Positions 32,964 to 42,681 of a DNA stretch of 64,000 nt are shown piece by piece (within the stretch, counting starts at the first letter, position 1; every line of letters starts with the position of its first letter). This stretch comes from Planctomycetota bacterium (GTDB lineage: Bacteria; Planctomycetota; UBA1135; UBA2386). A model generated the notes under the pieces. The model was not told where the DNA came from. It did no database searches and worked only from the letters and a program-made list of their open reading frames with translations. The stretch lies in assembly GCA_965223545.1 (NCBI GenBank), contig OZ245006.1, forward strand, positions 5,888,001-5,952,000, written 5' to 3'. Position numbers and translations under genes: made by a program.

Positions 32964-32990
32964 TGGGCCGGCGATCCGATCACTGCGGAG

Positions 32991-34178
32991 ATGGACGAGC
33001 GCGGAAGTGAGGGCCCAGCGCCTACGAGCGACGGGCGGCCGGTGCTCGATGGCGGTGCCGCTTCGCCCGGCGAGCTGGTCCAGCCGGTCGGCGGCGTCGA
33101 CGGCAGTGCCGGGCGCGTGCGGCCGCGCACCATCCTGGTGCTCGGCGGCGGTGGCGCGCGCGCGTGGGCCCACGTCGGTGTGCTGCGCGCTTGCGAGCGC
33201 CTCGGTCTGGTGGTCGACGAAGTGGTCGGCACCGGCATCGGCGCGGCGGTCGGTGCGGCGGCCGCCGCGGGAATGCAAGCGGCGGAGATCGAGGCCGCGC
33301 TGCGGCCGTTGCCGGCGCGGGTTGCCGCCGACATCGAGCAGTGGCTGTGCGACCCGGACGATCTCCAGGCGGCGGCCGCCCGCGGTGAGCGGCTGCGTGT
33401 CCTGCTGCGCGCGGCGCTGCCCGAGCATCGCTTTCACCGCCTGCGCAAGCCGCTCTTCTGCAACGCGCTGGCGCTGGGCAGCGGCGCCGTGCGCTACTTC
33501 GGCGTGCCGGGCGCGCCGGTGGTCTCGGTTGCCGACGCGGCCTATGCCAGCGCGTGCCTGCCCGGCGTGTACGCGCCCGCGGAGCTGCTGGGCGAGAGTT
33601 ACGTCGACGGCGGCATGGCCGAGCCCTTGGGCCTGCGCTGGGCCGAGACGCGCCGCCCGGACCTGGTCATCGCGGTCGACGTGACCGGCCATGGCCCGCT
33701 GCCGACCTCCGGCACCCGCGCTCCGGTCCTGCTGCAGACCTATGCGGTCATGGTGCGCGCCCTCAACGAGCACACCCTGCATCGCTTTGCCGACAGCCGG
33801 CACATGGTGCTGGTCAAACCGCGGTTGTCGGACTTGTCCATGCTCACCATCGGCGACGCTTCGGAGTTGGTCTGCCGGGGTGAGCAGGCCGCCTACGACG
33901 CGCTGGCGACGCACTCGTTGACCCGCTATCTGTGCGATCCCGACGTGGTCCGCGGCGTCGATCGGGGTGCGCTGCAGCCCAGCGACTACGTCGAGCTGCA
34001 GGTCGACGCGCAGACCTGCGTGCACTGTGGACTGTGCGCGGTGACGTGCGCCACCAACGGTTACGCCGCAGTGCCCTGGGGCACTGTGGTGCGCAAGCTG
34101 CACCACTACGAGTGCAGTCGCGATGGCGCTTGCGAGCGGGCGTGTCCGGTCGGGGCGATCCAGCTGCACCTCACTTGA
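32991..34178 (+). CDS. Patatin-like protein (nucleophile Ser replaced by Gly) fused to a C-terminal dicluster-type ferredoxin domain
   Basis: LVLGGGGARAWAHVGVL, GTGIG in place of GTSxG, ASACLPG, YVDGG; C-terminal CVHCGLCAVTC and CSRDGACERACP. Start uncertain. Confidence 0.88.
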   Translation: MDERGSEGPAPTSDGRPVLDGGAASPGELVQPVGGVDGSAGRVRPRTILVLGGGGARAWAHVGVLRACERLGLVVDEVVGTGIGAAVGAAAAAGMQAAEIEAALRPLPARVAADIEQWLCDPDDLQAAAARGERLRVLLRAALPEHRFHRLRKPLFCNALALGSGAVRYFGVPGAPVVSVADAAYASACLPGVYAPAELLGESYVDGGMAEPLGLRWAETRRPDLVIAVDVTGHGPLPTSGTRAPVLLQTYAVMVRALNEHTLHRFADSRHMVLVKPRLSDLSMLTIGDASELVCRGEQAAYDALATHSLTRYLCDPDVVRGVDRGALQPSDYVELQVDAQTCVHCGLCAVTCATNGYAAVPWGTVVRKLHHYECSRDGACERACPVGAIQLHLT

Positions 34179-34281
34179 GGGGCGAGCGGATCCGCTGTTG
34201 ACCCGGCGTGCCGGCGGCTTACAGAATCGAGCCGCCGCTGCCGGCTCCCCGTTCCGCATTGCCCCCCTCGAAGTGCCCGGT

Positions 34282-35316
34282 TTGAAGTTCCAGGACTACT
34301 ACCAGACTCTCGGCGTCGCCCGCGCCGCCGACGCCGACGCGATCAAGAAGGCCTACCGCAAGCTGGCGATGCAGTGGCATCCCGACCGCCAACCCGAGGC
34401 CGAGCGCGAGGCCGCCAGGCAGCGGTTCGTGCAGATCTCGGAGGCCTACGAGGTGTTGTCGGACAGCGAGAAGCGCGCCCGCTACGACCAGTTCGGCGAG
34501 CACTGGCGCGAAGGGCAGGAGTTTCGCGCCCCGCCGGGCGCGCAGACGATGAGCCCGGAGGAGTTCGAAGCGGCGTTCGGCGGCGGCGGTGGCTTCTCCG
34601 ACTTCTTCCGCAGCATGTTCGGCAACCAGTTCCGCGCCGACTTCCGCGGTGGCGCGCGGCGCCACCCGCGCTACGCGCACCGCGGGGCCGACGTGCGCGC
34701 CAACCTCGAGCTCAAGGTCGGCGACGCCGTGCGCGGGGGGGTGAGCTCTTTCGAAGTCGGTGCACACGCCTCGTGCCCGGTGTGCGGTGGCGTCGGCTTC
34801 GTCGACGACCACGTCTGCCCGCGGTGCGCGGGGGTCGGACAGGTGCGGCTGGCCAAGACCGTCGAGCTGCGGATTCCCGACGACGTGCGCGACGGCCAAG
34901 TGCTGCGCATGCGCGGGCTCGGGGAGGCGGGTGCCGAGGGTGGCGAGGCCGGCGATTTGTTGCTGACCCTGCGCTTGGCGGACGACGACGTCTACCGGTT
35001 GCGCGGTGCCGACGTCGAGGCGGACGTTTGGCTGGCGCCGTGGGAGGCGCTGGCCGGCGCCAGCGTCGACGTGCGCACGGCGCGCGGCACCGCAGTCGCC
35101 AAGATCCCCCCCGGCACCGCGGCCGGCACGCGGTTGCGGTTGCGCGGGCAGGGGCTGGCGACAGCGGACGGTGGCCGCGGCGATCTGATCATCGTCGTGC
35201 GAATGGCGCTGCCGGCCGCGCTCAGCGAACGCCAGCGAGAGTTGCTGCAAGAAGCGGGCGCCGCGGGGCCGCGCGCGGCGATCGGCGGTGCTCGCACCGA
35301 GGGGTCGCAGTCATGA
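34282..35316 (+). CDS. cbpA: DnaJ-class co-chaperone (CbpA-like)
   Basis: KFQDYYQTLGV, J-domain HPD, EAYEVLSD, G/F region GGFSDFF, two CxxCxGxG motifs, DnaJ C-domain; TTG start (GTG at 34273 also possible). Confidence 0.9.
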   Translation: MKFQDYYQTLGVARAADADAIKKAYRKLAMQWHPDRQPEAEREAARQRFVQISEAYEVLSDSEKRARYDQFGEHWREGQEFRAPPGAQTMSPEEFEAAFGGGGGFSDFFRSMFGNQFRADFRGGARRHPRYAHRGADVRANLELKVGDAVRGGVSSFEVGAHASCPVCGGVGFVDDHVCPRCAGVGQVRLAKTVELRIPDDVRDGQVLRMRGLGEAGAEGGEAGDLLLTLRLADDDVYRLRGADVEADVWLAPWEALAGASVDVRTARGTAVAKIPPGTAAGTRLRLRGQGLATADGGRGDLIIVVRMALPAALSERQRELLQEAGAAGPRAAIGGARTEGSQS

Positions 35317-35579
35317 CACAGGCCCGCGTCACGATCGACGGCGACCTCTATCTGACGCTGGAAGCGATCGCCCAGTGCTACCGGGTCGAAGTCGCGTGGT
35401 TGCGGCGGGCCTACGACGCCGGCGTGCTCGGCCCCGGCCGGCAACACGAGCGGACGGTGTTGTTGGCTGCGCGCCGCCTCGACCGGGTCGCCGCGGTCGT
35501 GCGCTTGAGTCTGTACTACTCGCTGGACCTCGAGGCGATGGCTGCGCTCATCGGCAGCGAGGCCGACGAAGGGCAATAG
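35313..35579 (+). CDS. cbpM: Chaperone modulator CbpM-like (MerR-like) protein
   Basis: 88 aa, ATGA-coupled to cbpA; LTLEAIAQCYRVEVAWL...GVL and RLSLYYSLDLEAMAALI follow the CbpM pattern. Confidence 0.75.
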   Translation: MTQARVTIDGDLYLTLEAIAQCYRVEVAWLRRAYDAGVLGPGRQHERTVLLAARRLDRVAAVVRLSLYYSLDLEAMAALIGSEADEGQ

Positions 35580-35585
35580 CCGCCG

Positions 35586-38252
35586 TCATGGCTGGAGCGT
35601 GACGCTCAGCCCCTGCGACGCGGAGAAACCGGTCACCGGGCACGGCGGCGGCGCCTGTGGTCCGAAGAATACGAACTGCGCGCTCACCGTGCTGCCGACC
35701 AGCGTCGGCTGCGCGGGGATCGGCAGCGCGACGGCGCTGGCGCCGCGCGGATCGCTGGCGATGTTGGTGAGCACGAACGGCTGCAGCAGGTCGATCCAGA
35801 CGTCGACACCGGCGATCGGCAGGGGGCTGCTCGCCGCGGTGCCGAGGCCGAGCACGCCGATGCTGCTCGCGGGGGCGCCGGTGCACAGCAGGGAGAAGCC
35901 GGCGTTGCCGACGGCGGGCGCCGAGATGGCCGCCGCGTGCAGGGCGCCGCCGCAGCCCGGCGTGTGCTGACCGAACGCCGCCACCCCGGTGGGCAAGAGA
36001 TCGAGGTGGGTGACGAATGCGTCGCGCGCGCCGCCGATGCCGCGCTGGGCGAACGAGCCCGCGCTGGTCGGATAGTCGTCGCTCTCGGTGTTGCCCGCGA
36101 CCAGGACGCCGCCGCCGGGATGCAGCGCCAGGGCGGCGACCTCCTCTTCGCCCGAGCTGGTGCCGTTGCCGTCGCCGCCGAGGTAGGTCGAGTACAGCAG
36201 CTGAGCGGCGCCGGCGCGCGCCGGGTCGAGCCAGGCGAGGACGGCATCGGTGCCGCCGAACCGGGCCGTGGCGAAGGCGCCGCTGCTGGTGGGCCAGTCG
36301 AGCGAGCGCGAGTCTCCGGCCAGCGTGATCAGGCCGGCGCCATCGACCTGCATCGCCCGCAGATTGTCGTTCTCGCCGCCGCCGATCAAGGTTGCGTACA
36401 GCAGCTGCGCAGCGCCCGTCCGGGTCGGATCGAAGCGGGCGACGAAACAGTCCAGCGGGCCGCCGGGGCGGCTTTGGTTGAACGCGTTCGGCGTCGTCGG
36501 AAAGGTCGGCGAGTTGGTGTCACCCCCGGCGGTGATCACGCCGTCGTCGGCCACGTGCAGCGCGTCGAACCAATCCGAGCCGCCGGCGCCGAAGAACGTG
36601 CCCCAGGTCACCTGGGCAGGGCCGCTCTGGGCGGGATCCAAGCGCAGCAGGTACGCGTCGCCGACTCCGTTGAACGTCGGGTCCAAGCCGGCGGTGCCGA
36701 CCGGGAAGTCCGGCGACGCGGTTTCGCCGGCGAGGGTGTGGATGCCGGCCGCGTCGACGTGGATGGCGATGGTCGCGTCCCAGCTCGTGCCACCGACGAA
36801 GGTGGCGTAGCGGAGCTGCTGGGCCGGGGGCATTGTCGGGTCGAGGATCCAGCAGAAGGAGTCGAACGGGAACTGCGGGGTGCCGCCGTTGAAGGTGCGA
36901 TCGAACGCGTTCGCGGTGGTCGGCAGATTCGCCGAGGCCGTGTCGCCGGCGATCGAGTAGCTGCCGTCGGCCTGCAGCGCGACCGCGGACGCGAAGTCGC
37001 CGGCTGCGCCGCCGATGTAGGTCGAGTAGAGCAGCTGCGCTGCACCGGACTGTGCCAGGTCCAAGTGGATCAGGTAGCCGTCGCCGGTGCCGTTGTGCGA
37101 CGGGTCGAACGCGTTGGCGCTGGTCGGGAAGTCGGTCGACCCGGTCTGCCCGACGACCACGACTCCCAGTCCGCCGGCAGGGCGCAGCTCGATCGGTCGC
37201 TCGCCGTTGCCGCCGCCGATGAACGTCGATTGCAACAGCTGTGCGTTGCCGCTCGCCGCCGGATCGAGGCGGGCGACGAAGACATCGGCGAAGCCGTTGA
37301 GCTGGGTGGAGAACGCGCCCGCCACCGTCGGGAACAGCGGCTCCCGGGTGATGCCGGCCACGGTGACGACGCCGGTGTCGTCGACCGCGATGTCGATTGC
37401 CTCGCTGGGCCCGCCCGCGCCGTTCGCACCCGGCAGCACCGTCGACCACAGGATGCCCGGATCGATGCACAGGCGGAGGTCGGGATCGCGATCGACGACG
37501 CAGAAGCCGAACCGGTCGGGGCCGCGCAGCTCGTAGCGGCAGTCGACCGGCTGTCGGTGGCCATCCCGCGTCCACTGCCACGTCAGCGGCGGTGGTTGGT
37601 GCAGCGCGCCGAGGGCGGTGTGCAGCCACAGAGTGCCGTCGTCGGCGAGGGCCAGCGTGCCGCCGGTGACCGCGATCTCGACGTCCGCCAGCGCGGCTCC
37701 TCGGTCTAGAACGACGTCGTACTCCGGATGCCCGTCGAGCTCGTAGACCACCACGTCGACGCCGGGGAGGATCTCGGCGAGGCGCACGGCGTCATACATG
37801 GGCGCGCGGCACCAGGCGGCGGGGTCGTCGCCGCGCAGGTAGGTCCGGGCCGCGGCCCAGGGCTGCTCGCCGCGGACTGTGGCAGCGCCCTCGGGACTGG
37901 CGAAGTCGAACCGCACGGCCACCCCGGGAACTGCTCGGGTGTCGTCGGCGATCGCGTCACCATCCGAATGGGGGGTGATCGCGGTCCACGTCCAGCCGCG
38001 TGCATCGACCGCGAGCGTGGTTTCCCCGCGCTGCCAGGCGAAGCGCGCCGCCGCCGGCCATTGGCCGCGGTTGGCGACGAAGGGGGAGGTCTCGCGCCAT
38101 CCGCGCGGCGCCATCGCGGATTGGTCCCTACCGGTGCCGGGTGCCGGAGAGGTTGGAGCGTCGTTTGGACCGGCCTCGGTGGCCGGCGAGAGAGCGAGCC
38201 AAACGAGGATCAACCCAAAGATCCCCTGGCGGGCGAGAAGGCGGCAATTCAC
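35586..38252 (-). CDS. Exported SBBP (beta-propeller) repeat protein with the shared C-terminal domain
   Basis: FVANRGQW N-domain; repeated YSTYxGG...D...VAGxTxSxDFPT...AF...D(A/V)FV; signal peptide; C-terminal domain at about 35586-35990. Confidence 0.9.
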   Translation of the reverse strand: MNCRLLARQGIFGLILVWLALSPATEAGPNDAPTSPAPGTGRDQSAMAPRGWRETSPFVANRGQWPAAARFAWQRGETTLAVDARGWTWTAITPHSDGDAIADDTRAVPGVAVRFDFASPEGAATVRGEQPWAAARTYLRGDDPAAWCRAPMYDAVRLAEILPGVDVVVYELDGHPEYDVVLDRGAALADVEIAVTGGTLALADDGTLWLHTALGALHQPPPLTWQWTRDGHRQPVDCRYELRGPDRFGFCVVDRDPDLRLCIDPGILWSTVLPGANGAGGPSEAIDIAVDDTGVVTVAGITREPLFPTVAGAFSTQLNGFADVFVARLDPAASGNAQLLQSTFIGGGNGERPIELRPAGGLGVVVVGQTGSTDFPTSANAFDPSHNGTGDGYLIHLDLAQSGAAQLLYSTYIGGAAGDFASAVALQADGSYSIAGDTASANLPTTANAFDRTFNGGTPQFPFDSFCWILDPTMPPAQQLRYATFVGGTSWDATIAIHVDAAGIHTLAGETASPDFPVGTAGLDPTFNGVGDAYLLRLDPAQSGPAQVTWGTFFGAGGSDWFDALHVADDGVITAGGDTNSPTFPTTPNAFNQSRPGGPLDCFVARFDPTRTGAAQLLYATLIGGGENDNLRAMQVDGAGLITLAGDSRSLDWPTSSGAFATARFGGTDAVLAWLDPARAGAAQLLYSTYLGGDGNGTSSGEEEVAALALHPGGGVLVAGNTESDDYPTSAGSFAQRGIGGARDAFVTHLDLLPTGVAAFGQHTPGCGGALHAAAISAPAVGNAGFSLLCTGAPASSIGVLGLGTAASSPLPIAGVDVWIDLLQPFVLTNIASDPRGASAVALPIPAQPTLVGSTVSAQFVFFGPQAPPPCPVTGFSASQGLSVTLQP

Positions 38253-38439
38253 GGGTGCAACGTCGAGTTCTGCACGGCCCGGAGCCCAGGAAACCGAAAA
38301 GAGGCCTGGATAAGCCGGGACAGCTCCCCAAGTCTACGACAACGGGCTAACCTGGGGTAAGCCCGCATCGTCGTGGGCTTGCCGCCGCAGTCCAATCCGG
38401 CGCGTCGTCGCCCCACACACCGAGGAGAAGCATCGCTAA

Positions 38440-39375
38440 ATGTCCGCGCCGAGGGTCAGCATCGGGTTGCCCGTCTGGAACGGGGCTGCCTACGTGCAGC
38501 AGGCGCTCGACTCCATCGCTGCGCAATCGATGGGCGACTTCGAGCTGCTCATCGGCGACAACGGATCCGACGACGGTACAGCCGAGATCTGCGCTGCGTT
38601 CGCCGCCGGTGACGCGCGCGTGCGCGTGCTGCGCAGCGAGACCAACCGCGGCGCGTCGTGGAACTACAACCGATTGGTCGGCGAGGCGCGCGGCGCCCTG
38701 TTCAAGTGGGCGGCCTACGACGATTGGTTGGCCGAAGACTATCTCCTGCGTTGCGTCGACGGGCTCGAGGCCAACCCGGATGCCGTCCTGTGCTATCCGG
38801 CCACTACGGTGGTGCAGGACGACGGTGCAGTGATCGGCCCCCTCGACTACGGCCTCACGGTGGACGCGGCCGACCCGATCGATCGCTACCGCAGTCTGCG
38901 CTCGTTCCTCTCGGTGATGCGTCGCTTCCAGTGCAATGCGGTCTTCGGGCTGCACCGCACCGAAGTCCTGCGCAGCGTGCGTCCGCTGCGTGCCCAATGG
39001 GGCACCGATGCGGTGTTGCTCGCCGAACTCGCGCTGCGCGGTCGGTTCGTGTCCCTGCCGGAGCCGCTGTTCTTCCGGCGCGAGCACGACGACCGCTCGA
39101 TGCGCTCGAACACCTCGGCACAGGCCATCGCCGAGTGGTTCGGTCCGCTCGACGGCCGCTCTCCGTACTTCCCGCAGTGGCGTTGCTTCCGGGATCACAT
39201 CCGGGCCGTCTCGACGTCCGATCTGGGTCTGCTGCAGCGCGTGCGCTGTCACGCGATCGCGCTGCGCACGACTCCGTGGCGGCCGTTGGTGCGCGAGCTT
39301 CGCCGCGCCTGGCGCCGGCGCGGCCGCCGGCGCGGCATCGACGCGCCCGCCGTCGGCGCCGGCCGGCAGGCCTGA
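38440..39375 (+). CDS. Glycosyltransferase family 2
   Basis: VSIGLPVWNG, FELLIGDNGSDDGT, NRGASWNYN, FKWAAYDD; GAGGAG upstream. Confidence 0.93.
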   Translation: MSAPRVSIGLPVWNGAAYVQQALDSIAAQSMGDFELLIGDNGSDDGTAEICAAFAAGDARVRVLRSETNRGASWNYNRLVGEARGALFKWAAYDDWLAEDYLLRCVDGLEANPDAVLCYPATTVVQDDGAVIGPLDYGLTVDAADPIDRYRSLRSFLSVMRRFQCNAVFGLHRTEVLRSVRPLRAQWGTDAVLLAELALRGRFVSLPEPLFFRREHDDRSMRSNTSAQAIAEWFGPLDGRSPYFPQWRCFRDHIRAVSTSDLGLLQRVRCHAIALRTTPWRPLVRELRRAWRRRGRRRGIDAPAVGAGRQA

Positions 39376-39432
39376 CGGCGGCGAATCGGCGAGACCACTG
39401 CCGGCGCGCAAACGCCGACGGCTGGGGTCACG

Positions 39433-41373
39433 TCATGGGCGAAACGCGCGGCCGATGCGCGCGGCGGCGCGCAGGCACCACGCGCGGGCGGGTGGCGTCC
39501 GGCGCAGCGATCCCGGATGCCAGGCCGCGCGGTGTGGCCGGCGCAGGGCGCCCTCGCGCAGAGCCGGCCACAACGCGCGCCATCCATAGGGCGGTGCCAG
39601 CAGCAGGTGGCGCGTGTGTTCGCCGTGGCCATCCTCCCATGGAAACTCGCCCAACACCGCGGCTTGCTCGGCGGATGGATACAGCCACAGCTCGTGCAGC
39701 GTTTCCAGCGCGATGGCATGCAGAGCGGCGTCCGGCGCGAGCAGGTCTTCGTCGGCGGGTAGCGCTTTTGCGAACGCGACGAGCGTGCGGCGCAACAGCG
39801 GCAAGCCCCAGTCGACCACCGGTTGGTTGGGCGCCGCGCAGAGCGGGGTCACGGCGTCTTCGGCGCCGCGTTCGTAGCCGAGCAGCGTGCCGTGGTCGGC
39901 GGCACAGAAGGCCTCCAGCGCGATGACCGCGAAGCCCGGCACGCGTTCGGTGAAACGGTGCGGTGTGCGCATGGCGCGTTCGCGGCCGTCCTCGATCCAG
40001 GAGTAGTAGAACGCCTCGGGAGGGCGCGCGCCGCAGTGTCGCATCGCCGCGGTCAGCGACTCCTGCAGGTTGCCGTGGCCGACCAGCTCGACGATGGCGT
40101 GACGCCTGTCGTCGTCGAGAACCCCCTCGGTGCGAAGGTGCGTGCTCCAGCACTCGAGCCGCGCGGCGGCCGCCGCCGCGATGCGCCGGCGCGCGCCCGG
40201 CTGCGCCAGGCCGTCGCCCAACGCGCGCAGCGCATCGCCGTGCAGCGGGTCGTCGACGGCGGCGGCGGAGATGCCGGCGCCGGCGAGCAGGCGCGGTAGG
40301 TCTTCCGGCGACAGGCCGACGCGGGCCAGCAGCGCCCGCGCGGTGAGGCCGTCGCTGTGGTCGAAGATCCAGGCCAGGTCGCGGTGCGCGCCGCAGGCGT
40401 AAGCCGGCAGGTTCCAGGCCTGACGGCTGGCGAGCAGGTAGCGCAGCTCGATGCCGATGCCGAGCTTGGTCGCCAGCACCTGCGCCAGCTCGAGCATGAC
40501 CTGACCGTCGCGCGCCAGAAACCACAGCGTGTCGATGCGCAGCTCTTGCGCGCGGCGCAGCAGCCAGAGGACGTAGGGCACCAGCAGCGGGGCGGCGACG
40601 GCAGCGGCCAGGTTGCGCAGGCTCGCCTGGCGCGCGTCGGTGACGGCGACCCGCAGGCGGGCCTCGCGGGCGGCTCCCGCGAGCAGCGCGGCGCCCCCGT
40701 GCGTGCGGTCGGCAGAGCTCTCGAGCAGCCGTTCGAGCGGCGACGGATTGGCGGCGGGGGCGTGCTCGGCCCGCAGGCCGAGTTCCGCCGCTGCCTCGAC
40801 GTCGTGGCGGCGGTGGTTGCCGCGGTGCACCACCTGCTCGGCGCGCACGCCGCCGGCGCTGAGCAGGGCGGCGTAGATGCCGCCGTCGTCCTTGTTGAGG
40901 CCGGTCTCGCTCGACGCCAGCACCAGGTCGTCGCCGCGCAGCACGTCGAACCGCGCCAGCTGCGCCGACAAGAATTCCGCCGGCCACGGCGTGTCGGAGA
41001 CGAAGGCGACGCGCTCGCCGGCGCGGCGCGCCGCCGCGACGCGGGCGACGCCGTCCGGCACCGGCCGCAACAGGCGCGCCTCCAGCGCGAGCTCGGCGTC
41101 GTGCACGCGGTCGCGCGTGCCGGCGTCGAGCTGCAGGGCGGTGCCGAGCTCGTCGTGGATCGCGCGCAATCGCACCTGCTCGCCGTTGGCGAGCGCGGTG
41201 CGGTAGGCGCGGACCTCGGCGGCGCGCCGGGCGGCGGCGAACGCCTCCGGCGAGCACTGCACCACTCCGTCCGCCAGCAGCTGGCGACCGAGCAGCAAGA
41301 AGATCGACTGCGGGTGGGTCACCGCCCGCATCAGCACCGTGTCGAAGACGTCGAACGAGCGCAGGGTGGTCAA
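39433..41373 (-). CDS. HAD-superfamily hydrolase-like protein of polysaccharide loci
   Basis: SFDVFDT (motif I), FVSDT, SSETGLNK, HRGNHRRHDV, then FLARDG and ASR segments. Confidence 0.8.
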   Translation of the reverse strand: MTTLRSFDVFDTVLMRAVTHPQSIFLLLGRQLLADGVVQCSPEAFAAARRAAEVRAYRTALANGEQVRLRAIHDELGTALQLDAGTRDRVHDAELALEARLLRPVPDGVARVAAARRAGERVAFVSDTPWPAEFLSAQLARFDVLRGDDLVLASSETGLNKDDGGIYAALLSAGGVRAEQVVHRGNHRRHDVEAAAELGLRAEHAPAANPSPLERLLESSADRTHGGAALLAGAAREARLRVAVTDARQASLRNLAAAVAAPLLVPYVLWLLRRAQELRIDTLWFLARDGQVMLELAQVLATKLGIGIELRYLLASRQAWNLPAYACGAHRDLAWIFDHSDGLTARALLARVGLSPEDLPRLLAGAGISAAAVDDPLHGDALRALGDGLAQPGARRRIAAAAAARLECWSTHLRTEGVLDDDRRHAIVELVGHGNLQESLTAAMRHCGARPPEAFYYSWIEDGRERAMRTPHRFTERVPGFAVIALEAFCAADHGTLLGYERGAEDAVTPLCAAPNQPVVDWGLPLLRRTLVAFAKALPADEDLLAPDAALHAIALETLHELWLYPSAEQAAVLGEFPWEDGHGEHTRHLLLAPPYGWRALWPALREGALRRPHRAAWHPGSLRRTPPARAWCLRAAARIGRAFRP

Positions 41374-42644
41374 CGCCTCGCCTCATCGAGTAGCTGCGCG
41401 AAGAGAGTCCGGTAGGCGTCGGCCTCGGCAGACGCGGCGTGTCGTTCGACGGCTCCGCGCCGGGCGGCCGTGCCGAGCGCGCGCGCGCGGTCGCGATCCT
41501 CGAGGAGCCACGCCAACCCATCGGCGAGCGCGTCGGTGTCCAGCGCCGGGACCAGCACTCCGTTGTCGCGATCGCGGATCAGGTCTGCGACCCCGCCGAT
41601 GTCGAAGCCGATGCTGGGCAGGCCACAGGCCAGCGCCTCGATCAGCGTCGTCGGCAGGTTGTCCTCCCGCGACGGCAGCACGAACGCGTCGGCCGCCGCG
41701 TACGCCCGCGCCAGCTCGTGCGGGTCGTCGATGCGGCCCAGCGCGAGGACGCCGGGCACGTCGGCCGCGCCGGTCGGTGCCGGCCCGAACGCGAGCAGGA
41801 TCAGCTCCTGCGCCAGGTCCGCGCGCGTCTGCCGCAGCCGGTGCAGCGCGCGCTGCAGCAGATCGAAGCCCTTGCGCGGGATGTCGCCCCAGGCACCGAA
41901 CAGCAGCACCGGTGCGTCGCGCGGCAGGTCGAGCGCGGCGCGGCACTCGGCCTTCGACCGCGGTGCGAACACGCTGAGGTCGATGCCGTACGGGATGACT
42001 TCGATGCGCTGGTCGGCGAACAGCGCGCTGCGCGCCGCGCAGCGCGCCAACCACTGGCTCGGCGCAACCACGGTCAGCCGCAGTCCGCGCCAGAGCGAGC
42101 GTTTGGCGGCGAAGCCGCGGCGCGAGGGGTCGTCGTCGGAGTCGCTGCCGAGGACCGGACAGCGACCGCAGGCGGTGGTGTAGCCCTCACAAGTGCCGCT
42201 GTAGTGACAGCCGCCGGTGAACGGGGCCATGTCGTGCAGCGTCCACACCAGCGGCTGCGGCAGGCGGGCGACGCTGGCGGGGTGGACGAAGTCGGCGGCC
42301 ACCCAGTGCAGGTGGACGACGTCGGGCCGCATGCGGCGCACGGTGCGGTGCACGCGGCTCTGCAGGGCGTGCGTCGAGAACGCTCCGATGCCGGGGTCGG
42401 CGAAGCCGTCGAGCGCGCGTCGCCGCAGCCGCGGGCCGGCGCGCCGGCGCAGCGCCCGCACCGGCCGCGCGGGACGGTGATGCGCGACGTGCGGATCGGT
42501 CGGGTCACCGCGGCCGGTGGCGGCGACCAAGACCCGAGAATCGACGCCCAGGGCGCGCAGCTCGCGGTGCAGGCGCGCCGCGGCGCCGCCGGCCCCGCCG
42601 GCGAGCGAGGTCGACAACAACAGTGGGCTCAGGGGGGCGTCCAC
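41370..42644 (-). CDS. Glycosyltransferase family 4 (WcaC-like)
   Basis: GGAGGAAARLH, VVHLHWV, WTLHDMAPFTGGCHY, APSQWL, RKGFDLL, PSREDNLPTTLIEALACG. Confidence 0.92.
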   Translation of the reverse strand: MDAPLSPLLLSTSLAGGAGGAAARLHRELRALGVDSRVLVAATGRGDPTDPHVAHHRPARPVRALRRRAGPRLRRRALDGFADPGIGAFSTHALQSRVHRTVRRMRPDVVHLHWVAADFVHPASVARLPQPLVWTLHDMAPFTGGCHYSGTCEGYTTACGRCPVLGSDSDDDPSRRGFAAKRSLWRGLRLTVVAPSQWLARCAARSALFADQRIEVIPYGIDLSVFAPRSKAECRAALDLPRDAPVLLFGAWGDIPRKGFDLLQRALHRLRQTRADLAQELILLAFGPAPTGAADVPGVLALGRIDDPHELARAYAAADAFVLPSREDNLPTTLIEALACGLPSIGFDIGGVADLIRDRDNGVLVPALDTDALADGLAWLLEDRDRARALGTAARRGAVERHAASAEADAYRTLFAQLLDEARR

Positions 42645-42681
42645 TAGGAGCGAAACCGTAAAGCCGGGGGCGATGCGCTGG

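Noticed and set aside
32991..34178. Patatin as a CBASS CapV-type defence effector
   Set aside because: No CD-NTase or other defence gene nearby, the catalytic Ser is absent, and the context is fatty-acid metabolism.
38275..38335. Possible c-di-GMP riboswitch (GGAAACCGAAAAG segment)
   Set aside because: The conserved class I elements and the second hairpin could not be matched by eye.
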